From Candidatus Babelota bacterium (GTDB lineage Bacteria > Babelota > Babeliae > Babelales > JAHIUU01): 64,000 bases of DNA. Positions 28,074 to 37,263 of this stretch are shown here, piece after piece. Under the pieces are notes generated by a model that saw only the letters and a program-made list of their open reading frames with translations, was not told the origin of the DNA and searched no databases. Each line of letters starts with the position of its first letter. Position 1 is the first letter of the stretch. The stretch covers positions 75,863 through 139,862 of the forward strand of contig JAHIUU010000007.1 of assembly GCA_018817025.1 (NCBI GenBank). Reading direction: 5' to 3'. A program made the position numbers and the translations under genes.

Positions 28074-28705
28074 AGAGTTTCTCCCGTTTGTTTTGTTTTG
28101 TTTTCGATTGTTTTGCGATCTAATTCAAGAACATAGTCTGTTGTTTTCCCATTTTCGACTCGATCATAACTTTTTTTAAACCCAAACTTTTCGAGCGCCC
28201 GAAGACTTCGTGGGTTCCATGGTCGGACATAAGCGTTATAGCTTTTAATAGTTGGGTTAGCTTCGAAGTAAGCTTTAGAGATCAGATACATTGCTTCTTG
28301 AGCCCGGCCGCCACCGTGATAGTTTTCGTTAATCCATATTTCAAACTGGCCTGGGTCGTCGGGGTCTTTCTTTCTGATTTCGGTAGCTCCTACCATCCTG
28401 TTGTCGCGATTATCCCAAATATTGTAGGCGATTTTTAGGTTTTTTTGCATTTTATCAAATTTAATTTGTATGTGCTGATTTATGTAATTTTGTGAGATAT
28501 TTTCTGGAAGCTCAAGAAACTCTGAGAGCTCTTTAGAAAGCAATTTATAGTAATCGACTGCTGAATCAAGTGTTAATTTTTTGAGTGTGACAATTTGGCC
28601 TGTTACGGTATCTGGGTATTGTGTTTTTTTATAAAAGAAAGTGCTGGCGATAAGAGCGATTGTTGTGCCAATAGAAACGGTAAGAAATATCTGTTTTTTA
28701 TTCAT
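28070..28705 (-). CDS. GNAT N-acetyltransferase paralog with N-terminal membrane anchor
   Basis: WINENYHGGG, NPRSLRALEKFGF; clear paralog of the adjacent gene. Confidence 0.8.
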   Translation of the reverse strand: MNKKQIFLTVSIGTTIALIASTFFYKKTQYPDTVTGQIVTLKKLTLDSAVDYYKLLSKELSEFLELPENISQNYINQHIQIKFDKMQKNLKIAYNIWDNRDNRMVGATEIRKKDPDDPGQFEIWINENYHGGGRAQEAMYLISKAYFEANPTIKSYNAYVRPWNPRSLRALEKFGFKKSYDRVENGKTTDYVLELDRKTIENKTKQTGETL

Positions 28706-28805
28706 GATGACCCCAAGTGTTTTTTCCAAAACTACCCCCAGTTATACTTCAAATATAGGTGATTAGGTGGTTTTTTTGCAAGATTATTGGGAAAAGCTTG
28801 CTGGA

Positions 28806-28856
28806 CCCCTCGATACAACTGCTACGCTTCGCTTCGCAATCACTCGGGGCGAACGG
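28806..28856. repeat. REP-like repeat, copy E
   Basis: cccctcgatacaac...cttcgcaatcactcggggcgaacgg. Confidence 0.8.
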
Positions 28857-29020
28857 CAAATTTTTTAAAGCTAGGTAGAATTTTCAGATAAGTTCTTAAG
28901 TTGATGACATCGGCCCTATGCCCCCCGTTGGCGTGAACATAGCTGAAATAATACGAATATGGTTTCGAATTGTTGGATGTGTTTGGATTTCTATTGTTTG
29001 ATTTAGAATTATTGGTTCGA

Positions 29021-29073
29021 ATCCCTCGATACATCCCCCTTCGCCAAGGCTTCGCAATCACTCGGGACAGGCG
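29021..29073. repeat. REP-like repeat, copy F
   Basis: atccctcgatacat...ccttcgccaaggcttcgcaatcactcgggacaggcgg. Confidence 0.8.
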
Positions 29074-29179
29074 GGATACGAAGGGAGCCCCCGTTAGGGG
29101 CCGACTGCTTAATCGCAAGCGTGGCCGAAGAGCCGAAGGCGATGAGCCCTAACGCTAATGTGTGGCGATCTCTCGTTAC

Positions 29180-30715
29180 TCAGAGAGGAAGATTTGCGTG
29201 TTTTTTTCGTGGAAGATGCTCCACTTTTTCTTTGGTGATCGCAAGCGCTTTTATGAGGTGTTTTCTCGTGTTGCAGGGTTCGATTATATCATCAATATAG
29301 CCGTATTCGGCTGCGACGAAGGGATTGAGATATTCTTGTGAGTATTGATTCTCGAGTGTTTTTTTAAGAATTTGTTTTTCTTCTAGATCGTCGATCGTTC
29401 CAAGTTGCTTTCTATTGAGAATAGCGACCGCTGCTTGTGGGCCAAGAACCGCTATTTGGGCGGTTGGCCATGCGTATACAAAGTCTGCGCCTAAGTGCTT
29501 GCTGCCCATGACGATGTAGGCGCCCCCAAATGCTTTTCGTAAAATTATTGTGATTTTTGGTACGGTTGCTTGCGCGTATGCCGCAAGTAGTTTGGCGCCG
29601 TGGCGAATGATGCCTGCATGCTCCTGGTCGACGCCTGGCAAGAAGCCTGGTACGTCGACAAATGAGACGATTGGGATGGAGAAGCTGTCGCAAAAGTTTA
29701 TAAAGCGAGCTGCTTTGCATGAAGCATTGATATCGAGTGCGCCGGCAAGAACTAGTGGCTGGTTTGCGACAACCCCAACGACCGTCCCCTCGACACGAGC
29801 AAACCCGATGATAATGTTTGGTGCGAACTTTTTCTGAATTTCTAAAAAGCTGTTTGTGTCGATGATTGAGTCTATAACGGCCCGGATATCGTAGCTTTTT
29901 TGTGCCTGTTCGGGAACCAGCTTTTGAGCCGGAATAAATTTCTTTGGTGCGTCTGGTTGGTCGTCTCTGGGTGGATCGACTTTGTAGTTGCTAGGCAGAT
30001 ATGAGAAGAATTGTTTGAATGTTGTAAAGCAAGCTTCTTCTGTTGGCGAGACAAAGTGGACAACCCCTGATTTTTCCTCGTGAACATTCGCACCTCCAAG
30101 TGACTCTTTATCGATATCTTGATGCATGACCTGTTTGATTACCTGGGGGCCGGTGATAAACAGTTGGCTTATTTTTTCAGTGGTAAAGATGAAGTCAGTG
30201 AGAGCTGGCGAATAGACGGCGCCTCCGGCGCATGGGCCTAAGATAATCGATAGTTGCGGTACAACCCCAGAGTAGCGGGTGTTGCGCATGAAAATATCAC
30301 CGTAGCCGGCGAGTGCGTGGATGCCCTCGTCGATTCGAGCGCCACCAGAGTCGATGATGCCAACTATTGGGCAACCTATTTTGACTGCTGTGTCCATAAT
30401 TTTACAAATTTTTTGTGCGTGATGCTTTCCGAGGGAGCCGCCTTTGATCGTGAAATCTTGTGAGTATAAGGCCATCTGGCGGCCGTCGATTGAGCCAAAA
30501 CCGGTAACAACGCCGTCGGTGTACAGTTTTTCTTTGAGAATCGGCGATGTGACGAACGTGTCGATCTCCTCAAAACTGCCAGGGTCAATCAGGAGCTCTA
30601 TTCGCTCTCGAGCGGTTTTCTTACCATGTAGTTTTTGTTTGTTTACTTTTTCTTGCGAGACGCCAGAAATTGCCAGTTTCTTTTTTTCTCGCAAGCTTTT
30701 TGATACGGTGTTCAT
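29180..30715 (-). CDS. Acyl-CoA carboxylase carboxyltransferase beta subunit (PccB/AccD-like)
   Basis: TARERIELL, DSGGARIDEG, GPCAGGAVYSPALTDF, DVPGFLPG, RKAFGGAY, KHANLPL; substrate cannot be assigned by eye. Confidence 0.93.
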   Translation of the reverse strand: MNTVSKSLREKKKLAISGVSQEKVNKQKLHGKKTARERIELLIDPGSFEEIDTFVTSPILKEKLYTDGVVTGFGSIDGRQMALYSQDFTIKGGSLGKHHAQKICKIMDTAVKIGCPIVGIIDSGGARIDEGIHALAGYGDIFMRNTRYSGVVPQLSIILGPCAGGAVYSPALTDFIFTTEKISQLFITGPQVIKQVMHQDIDKESLGGANVHEEKSGVVHFVSPTEEACFTTFKQFFSYLPSNYKVDPPRDDQPDAPKKFIPAQKLVPEQAQKSYDIRAVIDSIIDTNSFLEIQKKFAPNIIIGFARVEGTVVGVVANQPLVLAGALDINASCKAARFINFCDSFSIPIVSFVDVPGFLPGVDQEHAGIIRHGAKLLAAYAQATVPKITIILRKAFGGAYIVMGSKHLGADFVYAWPTAQIAVLGPQAAVAILNRKQLGTIDDLEEKQILKKTLENQYSQEYLNPFVAAEYGYIDDIIEPCNTRKHLIKALAITKEKVEHLPRKKHANLPL

Positions 30716-30769
30716 GGTAGCGATTATACCCGAGTGATGGGCATTGGGCAAGAGAGAAAGGGGAGAGTC

Positions 30770-31243
30770 ATGGAGCAAAATAGGAGTGCCAGTGTGGCCT
30801 GGTTTAAGTTGGCAGAATTAGTCTCTCGCGGAGAAAAAGAAAAAACATTGACGCTCTACAGACTGCTTTCGCATTCGTTCGATGAGCGAGCATATGTCTT
30901 ACAGGTTGAAGGGGACATTTTGTGGGCGTTTGAAGATAAAGAGGCGATTGGACGATACAAACAGGCAGCATTTTTGTATCAGAAAGAAAATAAAATACAC
31001 GCGTCGATTGCGGTTTATGAACATATCGTAATCATCAAGCCTGATGATTACGAATCCCACAAAAATCTTGTTTTGTTATATGCACAGCATGGCGACAAAG
31101 AAAAGTTCATGAAGCACTTTATGTTTCTGTTGGATCTGTTTGAGAAGAAGGGCGTTTCTCAAGGCGAAGTCTTAGGGGTGATTGATGAGATTGAGGGAAT
31201 CAGTTCTTTGTTGGCGAAGCGGGCTAGAAAGTTGTTCTCTTAG
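30770..31243 (+). CDS. Hypothetical TPR-like helical protein
   Basis: GGAGA RBS; TPR-like EAIGRYKQAA and SIAVYEHIVIIKPDD patterns. Confidence 0.7.
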   Translation: MEQNRSASVAWFKLAELVSRGEKEKTLTLYRLLSHSFDERAYVLQVEGDILWAFEDKEAIGRYKQAAFLYQKENKIHASIAVYEHIVIIKPDDYESHKNLVLLYAQHGDKEKFMKHFMFLLDLFEKKGVSQGEVLGVIDEIEGISSLLAKRARKLFS

Positions 31244-32227
31244 AGCTTCGTACACTTCGTCGACACCTATGGCCTTCATGCAAGCGTGATCGTGAGGGCA
31301 TTCGCGACGGTGACATGGTGAACAAGAAACATGTCTTTGGATAACTTTACCATTTGGGTATGGCCTTGAAACGGTTGCGTCTGTTGGTCCAAATAGAGCA
31401 ACGAGAGGGGTTTGTAAGGCTGCGGCAATATGCATCGGTCCACTGTCGTTCGCAAGAAAAACGTCACACACAGAGATTATAGAAATAAGTTCGCGCAAAG
31501 ATGTTTTTCCAACAAGATTTATAATTTGTGGTGCTTGGCAAATCGTTTTGCTTAGTTCGATTTCGCTTTTGTTGCCAAGAAAAATGATCTGTGCGCTATC
31601 TTCTCGGCTGAGTTTTTCAGCAACAGCCCGAAATCGTTCCGGTAGCCATCGTTTTGCTGTCCCAAAAGCAGCTCCAGGGCAGATCCCGATAATTTTTTGT
31701 TCTTGCGCCCATCCATGGTTTTTCAAAATTTTCTTAGCTGCAATTTTTTCTTTTTCAGTAACATATAATTCAGGTAATTTATGAAATACGTCTTGTTTAT
31801 TTGCACCAAGCAGCGATAAATAAGTCAAAACAAGATGCTGGTTTTTTCTATTTTTAGGAAAAGAAACAGCCTGGCTTAAAAGAATAGAGCGTATGTCTAT
31901 GTTATTGCTAAAGCCGATGCGGTTTTTGACGTTTCCGCGAAAAAACCACCATGCAGATGAAATAGAATTGGTTAGCAGGACGCCGGTGTCGAATTTTTTC
32001 TCTTTTAATTCTAGGATAATTGCTCTTTTTTCATGTCTGTTTTTTGGTTTATTATAATTCCAGATTTTGTCTACGTGAGGGTTTGCGAGAAGCAAATCAG
32101 CGACGTTAGACTGGCACAAGGCGGTGATGTGAGCATTAGGAAGGCATTTTCGTAAAGCCATTAACACAGGGGTGCTCATGATAAGATCGCCCAACCAGTT
32201 TGGCATACGCACAATAACTTTTTCCAT
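31172..32227 (-). CDS. waaF: Lipopolysaccharide heptosyltransferase II (GT9)
   Basis: RMPNWLGDLIM, PGAAFGTAKRW, NDSGPMHIAAA, LFGPT, CSPC...C...CM. Confidence 0.9.
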   Translation of the reverse strand: MEKVIVRMPNWLGDLIMSTPVLMALRKCLPNAHITALCQSNVADLLLANPHVDKIWNYNKPKNRHEKRAIILELKEKKFDTGVLLTNSISSAWWFFRGNVKNRIGFSNNIDIRSILLSQAVSFPKNRKNQHLVLTYLSLLGANKQDVFHKLPELYVTEKEKIAAKKILKNHGWAQEQKIIGICPGAAFGTAKRWLPERFRAVAEKLSREDSAQIIFLGNKSEIELSKTICQAPQIINLVGKTSLRELISIISVCDVFLANDSGPMHIAAALQTPLVALFGPTDATVSRPYPNGKVIQRHVSCSPCHRRECPHDHACMKAIGVDEVYEALREQLSSPLRQQRTDSLNLINHP

Positions 32228-32231
32228 AGGT

Positions 32232-35200
32232 TTAGAGTTCCAGTTTGAAAGTAATCCCTGTATTGAGGAGAGCAGCAAGCTGTTTTTGGTCGACGGAGAT
32301 TCGTTTTCTGGTTCGTAGGAGAAGCTTTTCTCCGTTTTCGTAGAACGTTACATTAAGTGGTGTTTTTCCCGGGCGTAGTGTTGTTTTAATTTTTTCGACT
32401 GTCTCTTGAGTAAACGATGCGGGAAGCTCGAGTGTGCAACTTTCTATAGTTGCCCATTCGTCAAAGATGAGCTCGATCGGGACAATATCGTTTGCTTTGA
32501 TTTTACATTTATTATCTGTTGTCGTGTCGAGCGCCCCTTTAATAACAAATACATTATACTCATCAAGCCACGGCTCAACTTTTGTGTAGAGCCTCGGGAA
32601 AATAATCACTTCGCATCGTCCAGAAAAGTCTTCGAATTGAGCGAACGCCATGCGGTCGCCTTTTTTTGTGGTGATCTCGCGGTGTGACTGCTTGAGCCCG
32701 CAGCAGACGATGACAGGCTCCTGCCGGCCACGAAAGTTTTTTATTTTTTCAAACGCTTTTTCAAATGGCTCATGTGCAAAAAGCATGAGTGTTTGCTTGT
32801 GGCTCTCAAGAGGGTGCGAGCTTAAATAAAAGCCGACGACCTCTTTTTCTTTTTCAAGTTTTTCTTTGTCTGACCACTCATCGCATGCCTGAAACGAGTA
32901 ATACTCTTCGGTTTCTTGAGAAGACTTGGTTGAGCCTAGTGCGCTGAAGAGTTGCATCTGGCCAGTTTTTGCGGCCTCTTTTTCTTTTGCTGCGATTAGG
33001 ATGATTTTTTCGAGCTCGTTTGTTTTTTGGGCACGGTTGCCTGGGAGCTCGTCGAACGCTCCAGCGGCGATTAAACTTTCTGTGATCCGTTTGTTGATAC
33101 TTCTGAGATCAACTCGTTTGCAGAAGTCCAAGAGATCAAGAAACGGTTTCGGCTTACCATTAGACACTCGAGACTCTCGAGAGTCTCGTTCTCGAATAAT
33201 ATTCTCGAGTGCAGTCCGGCCAACGTTCTTAATTCCTTTTAATCCGAACAGGATGCCGTCTTCGTGCGCCGAGAATTCTATAGATGAGCGATTTATGGTT
33301 GGGGGTATTGTTTTGATTCCCATGCGTGAAATTTCTTGCAGGTAGAAGGTGAGTTTGTCTGGATCGCTGGTTTCGAATGATACGAGTGCTGCCATGAACT
33401 CTTTAGGGTAGTTTGCTTTGAGGTAGGCGGTGTGATAGGCGATGAGCGCGTATGCGGTAGAATGCGATTTGTTGAAGCCGTAACCTGCGAAGTAGGCCAT
33501 GAGGTCGAATAGTTCTTCAGCTTTTTTTACGTTGAAGTTACGCGCTTTTGCGCCGTCGACAAATATTTTTTTATGTTCTGCCATGACGTCGACTTTTTTC
33601 TTTCCCATTGCCCGTCGGAGTATGTCAGAGCCGCCAAGGGTGTACCCAGCTATTGCCGATGCGATTTTCATGACCTGTTCTTGGTAGACGATGACGCCAT
33701 ACGTTTCTTTTAGGATTGGCTCGAGTTCTGGAAACATGTAGGTTGTTTTTTTTCGTCCGTGACGACGATCGATAAAGTCGTCGACCATGCCTGAACCGAG
33801 TGGGCCCGGTCGGTAGAGTGCGTTGACGGCGATAAGATCTTCAAATTTTTCTGGTTGGAGTTTTCGCAAAACTTCACGTATTCCTTCAGATTCAAATTGG
33901 AAAATGCCGGAGGTTTCTCCGGATCTTAGTAAATCAAATGCTTGCTGGTTGTCCATTGCTAGGGTGTCGAGGTCGATAGTTGCGCCGTGATTTTTTTTTA
34001 TCGCTTTGAGGGTTCGATCGATGACGGTTAAGTTTTTTAGGCCTAAGAAGTCCATTTTCAAGAAGCCGACGCTTTCGAGTTCTGACATTGCATATTGGGT
34101 GACGAGCTCGTTGGTTTTAGCTGGGACGTAAAGTGGAAGCATCTTTCGTAAAGGCTCTGGGGCGATGACGACGCCGGCGGCGTGCTTTGAGGCGTGTCGA
34201 GTTAATCCTTCAAGTCTCAGACATAGTTTCATGAGCTTGTTAACGTTTGGATTGTTTTCGACCATATCTTTCAGTTTTGGTTCCTGTTCCATAGCATCAG
34301 CAAGCGTTATTTTAAGTTGGTTGGGGATAAGATCAGTGATGGCGTTAGCGTCTTGGAATGGAAAGCCGAGGGCTCGGGCAACGTCTTTGATCACCCCTTT
34401 GGCCATCATGGTTCCAAAGGTTATGATTTGGCAGACGCACTCGTGACCATATTTTTCTTTAACGTAGTTGATGACGTCTTCCCGTTGTTCGATACAGAAG
34501 TCGATGTCGATGTCGGGCATGGAGATTCGTTCTGGGTTGAGGAATCGTTCGAACAGGAGATTGTATTTTATTGGGTCAACGTTGGTTATTTGGAGGGCCC
34601 AGGCAACCAGCGACCCGGCCGCCGAGCCTCGTCCTGGACCGATCGGGATTTGTTGTTCTTTTGCCCACTTGATGAAGTCTCCAACAACGAGGAAGTAACC
34701 AACGAAGCCCATTTTTGTTATCAGCTCGATCTCTTCTTCTAGTCTATTGTTGTACGTATCGTGTTGATCGTGGGGGATTATAGATTTCTCTTTGAGTTTA
34801 TCTAAGCCCTCAATACATAACTGTTTAAAATAGCTTTCTTGAGAGTGTGTTTTTGGCACGGGAAAGTTGGGGAAGAACAGTTTATTAAACTCGAATTCAA
34901 ACTCGCACATGTCGGCGACTTTTCCTGTGTTCCAAACCGCCTGCTCGTGTCCGTGGCAAAATTCAAGCATCTGTTCGGTTGTTCGCACGTATGCTTTGCA
35001 TTCGCCAAAGGTCATGCGGCTTGGGTCGGACATAAGTTTTTTTGTCTGAATTGCGAGAAGAATCTCGTGAGCTTCATTGTCTTCGGCTCGTAGGTAGTGG
35101 CAGTCGTTGGTTGCTAGAAGATTGACGCCCCATTCGTCTGCGTATTGAAAGATGAGCTTATTGGTTATTTTTTGTTTTTCAAAGTCAGGTGGCATGACCT

Positions 35201-35720
35201 CGAGATAGAATTTGTCTTTGCCAAATGTGTTGAGACCCCACTCAGTCCATTTTTTGGCTTCATCGATGTTGCCGTGACGCAACAGGCTTGGGATATGCCC
35301 GCCGACGCAGGCAGAACCGACGATGAGACCTTCTGAATATTTCTCGAGGATTTTATAGTCGATCCGTGGCTTGTAATAAAAGCCGTCTTGGTATGAGAAC
35401 GCCATGAGTTGGCAGAGATTTTTGTAGCCTATCTTATTTTGAACGACGAGAAGAATATGATAGTAGGGACTGTTTTTGTCTTTGATAGTCGCTTCTGGAG
35501 TGAGGTACATCTCACAGCCCAGGATGGGCTTGATACCGGTTTTTTTTGCTTGTTTGAAGAATTTTACGGCGCCAAATATGTTGCCGTGATCGGATATTCC
35601 GACCGCTTTCCAGTTTTGTTCTTTTGCAAAGATGAGCAACTCGTTAGTTTTGATTGCTCCGTCGAGAAGAGAGAATTCGGTATGGAGATGGAGTTGCGCG
35701 AAGTGTTGGGGGTTGCTCAT
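32232..35720 (-). CDS. dnaE: DNA polymerase III alpha subunit
   Basis: PHP HLHTEFSLLDG, GRGSAAGSLV, MPDIDIDF, KMDFLGL, YGFNKSH, OB domain KKGDRMAF. Confidence 0.98.
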   Translation of the reverse strand: MSNPQHFAQLHLHTEFSLLDGAIKTNELLIFAKEQNWKAVGISDHGNIFGAVKFFKQAKKTGIKPILGCEMYLTPEATIKDKNSPYYHILLVVQNKIGYKNLCQLMAFSYQDGFYYKPRIDYKILEKYSEGLIVGSACVGGHIPSLLRHGNIDEAKKWTEWGLNTFGKDKFYLEVMPPDFEKQKITNKLIFQYADEWGVNLLATNDCHYLRAEDNEAHEILLAIQTKKLMSDPSRMTFGECKAYVRTTEQMLEFCHGHEQAVWNTGKVADMCEFEFEFNKLFFPNFPVPKTHSQESYFKQLCIEGLDKLKEKSIIPHDQHDTYNNRLEEEIELITKMGFVGYFLVVGDFIKWAKEQQIPIGPGRGSAAGSLVAWALQITNVDPIKYNLLFERFLNPERISMPDIDIDFCIEQREDVINYVKEKYGHECVCQIITFGTMMAKGVIKDVARALGFPFQDANAITDLIPNQLKITLADAMEQEPKLKDMVENNPNVNKLMKLCLRLEGLTRHASKHAAGVVIAPEPLRKMLPLYVPAKTNELVTQYAMSELESVGFLKMDFLGLKNLTVIDRTLKAIKKNHGATIDLDTLAMDNQQAFDLLRSGETSGIFQFESEGIREVLRKLQPEKFEDLIAVNALYRPGPLGSGMVDDFIDRRHGRKKTTYMFPELEPILKETYGVIVYQEQVMKIASAIAGYTLGGSDILRRAMGKKKVDVMAEHKKIFVDGAKARNFNVKKAEELFDLMAYFAGYGFNKSHSTAYALIAYHTAYLKANYPKEFMAALVSFETSDPDKLTFYLQEISRMGIKTIPPTINRSSIEFSAHEDGILFGLKGIKNVGRTALENIIRERDSRESRVSNGKPKPFLDLLDFCKRVDLRSINKRITESLIAAGAFDELPGNRAQKTNELEKIILIAAKEKEAAKTGQMQLFSALGSTKSSQETEEYYSFQACDEWSDKEKLEKEKEVVGFYLSSHPLESHKQTLMLFAHEPFEKAFEKIKNFRGRQEPVIVCCGLKQSHREITTKKGDRMAFAQFEDFSGRCEVIIFPRLYTKVEPWLDEYNVFVIKGALDTTTDNKCKIKANDIVPIELIFDEWATIESCTLELPASFTQETVEKIKTTLRPGKTPLNVTFYENGEKLLLRTRKRISVDQKQLAALLNTGITFKLEL

Positions 35721-35866
35721 GTCGAAAAGCCCTTTTTGTGGAAAATATGCCCAGTTTATGTGAGTTTTAGTTGTTTTTAGTGGTAACGCAGGCTTTCAGT
35801 GTATAAATAATTTTTTGAAAAGTTGAGATTTATGGTGGTTTTTTTGTATTTGAAAATGAAAAACAG

Positions 35867-35894
35867 TTGACACATAGAAATTATGGTGTACTAT
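35867..35894 (+). promoter_or_regulatory. Putative sigma70 promoter
   Basis: TTGACA-N16-TACTAT preceded by an A-rich tract. Confidence 0.5.
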
Positions 35895-36008
35895 AGAATA
35901 TCTAGAGAATACTTACAACTTCTTCTAACCCCCATTTGTTTGGTTTTTAACCAAACCGATTTTGATCCCTGGTCTTTTCGGCTGGGGATTTACTCGTTTT
36001 GGGCCTGT

Positions 36009-36036
36009 TTGACATTATGGGGGCCTGTGATATGAT
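36009..36036 (+). promoter_or_regulatory. Putative sigma70 promoter with extended -10 for the downstream protease gene
   Basis: TTGACA-N16-TATGAT with TG one base before the -10; GGAGGT RBS downstream. Confidence 0.55.
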
Positions 36037-36081
36037 TGACAGGTAGAAATTTGATAAGCTTGTGTCTTTATGGAGGTGATC

Positions 36082-37206
36082 ATGAAAAAAATTACGCTTT
36101 TACTCAAAGCCGTTTTGCTTGTGTTTTTTGTGATGTCTGTTGTTCAGGTAGATGCGAGGGGTGTGGGGGAGATTAATGGAAATAAGAAGCCTGAGATCAA
36201 ACGGCCAGTGCAACCAAAAGAGAACCCTAGAACGAGAAAAAATCAAAAAACAAATAAAATGCAGCAGCCCAATGTTGCTAATAATAATGATGTTGAGCTA
36301 GAGCGCGCGATCCAACAGAGCTTGCTCGAGAATAATAAGCCGGTGCAACCTGAATGGCCCGAGGAGATTTTCGAGATGCCTAATGATCCTGTTGATCCCG
36401 TGGAACTTGCGAAGCAATTGAGCCTGCAAGAGCTTGCTAATGATGGTAGCAAATCTTGGCCGAAAGAAATGTCAAAAGAAACTGGGCGTCAGGGGCTAGG
36501 TCTTGTCGATCAGCTGACGGAGAAACTCGTCCTAGAAGCGATGACTGTGGGCGAGTCATATACTATGCCAAATAATCAAAACATACTTATCCAGCGACTA
36601 ACGAATAAGTTCCTTGTGGTTCAGTTGCCGGCCAATTCTCAGACAGGGGCTCGATGTGGTACACACGCATATATAAATTCTAAGTATTTGTGTGAAGCGA
36701 AAAACCCAGATGTTTTTGTAGAGTTTCTTAACTCTAATTTGCTTATAAAAGAAGTAAATGAAAGTGCTGGAGTACTCAAAGGCATTCGTAGTATGAATGT
36801 TGGGTATGTTAACGACAACAACCTTTTATCGAATGATTATAACAAATATGTTGGAACAGAAAACATGATGTCCTACGAAGAGATGCTTGAGCTTAATGGC
36901 GATAAAGTTTCTTCAATAGTTAGCGGGATTTGTAGAACTATTATTGCGAAAGAAGATACACGGGAAAAGCTTTTGAAACAAAAGGTTATTTGCGATGCTT
37001 CGAAGCGTTTTACAGACACGAGACAGCCCGAAGTATTTATTGTTAATACAGGCGGCCACTGGGTGACCATTCGAATTGAACATATGTCGAACGGCATGGT
37101 TGGTATCATCTTGGTGGATTCCATATGGAAGTTTGGAACCGAGGCGGTTGATAAAATTGCTGTTTATTCTTTATGGCTCGAGGCGCTTGCCGCAATATTC
37201 GCATAA
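36082..37206 (+). CDS. Exported papain-fold cysteine protease, Josephin-like putative deubiquitinase with two UIMs
   Basis: Signal peptide; LERAIQQSLLE and VELAKQLSLQE; QTGARCGTHAYIN, HWVTIR, LVDS. The CDS is solid; the function is inferred from motifs. Confidence 0.75.
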   Translation: MKKITLLLKAVLLVFFVMSVVQVDARGVGEINGNKKPEIKRPVQPKENPRTRKNQKTNKMQQPNVANNNDVELERAIQQSLLENNKPVQPEWPEEIFEMPNDPVDPVELAKQLSLQELANDGSKSWPKEMSKETGRQGLGLVDQLTEKLVLEAMTVGESYTMPNNQNILIQRLTNKFLVVQLPANSQTGARCGTHAYINSKYLCEAKNPDVFVEFLNSNLLIKEVNESAGVLKGIRSMNVGYVNDNNLLSNDYNKYVGTENMMSYEEMLELNGDKVSSIVSGICRTIIAKEDTREKLLKQKVICDASKRFTDTRQPEVFIVNTGGHWVTIRIEHMSNGMVGIILVDSIWKFGTEAVDKIAVYSLWLEALAAIFA

Positions 37207-37224
37207 AAGACGATTGTAAAAAGT

Positions 37225-37263
37225 AAAAGCCCGCTGGCAAATGTTGTGTCAGCGGGCTTTTTT
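37225..37263 (+). terminator. Intrinsic terminator
   Basis: aaaagcccgctggc...gtcagcgggctttttt hairpin with T-run just after the stop at 37206. Confidence 0.85.

Noticed and set aside
29014-29025. GGTTCGAATCCC resembling a tRNA T-arm
   Set aside because: No cloverleaf around it; it is the flank of repeat copy F and is shared with copy C.
28840-29152. ORFs 28840-29118 and 28970-29152
   Set aside because: Largely built from repeat copies E and F, with no recognisable domain.
19034-35720. Inteins or introns in rtcB or dnaE
   Set aside because: Both have ordinary lengths and contiguous motifs with no splice-junction signatures.
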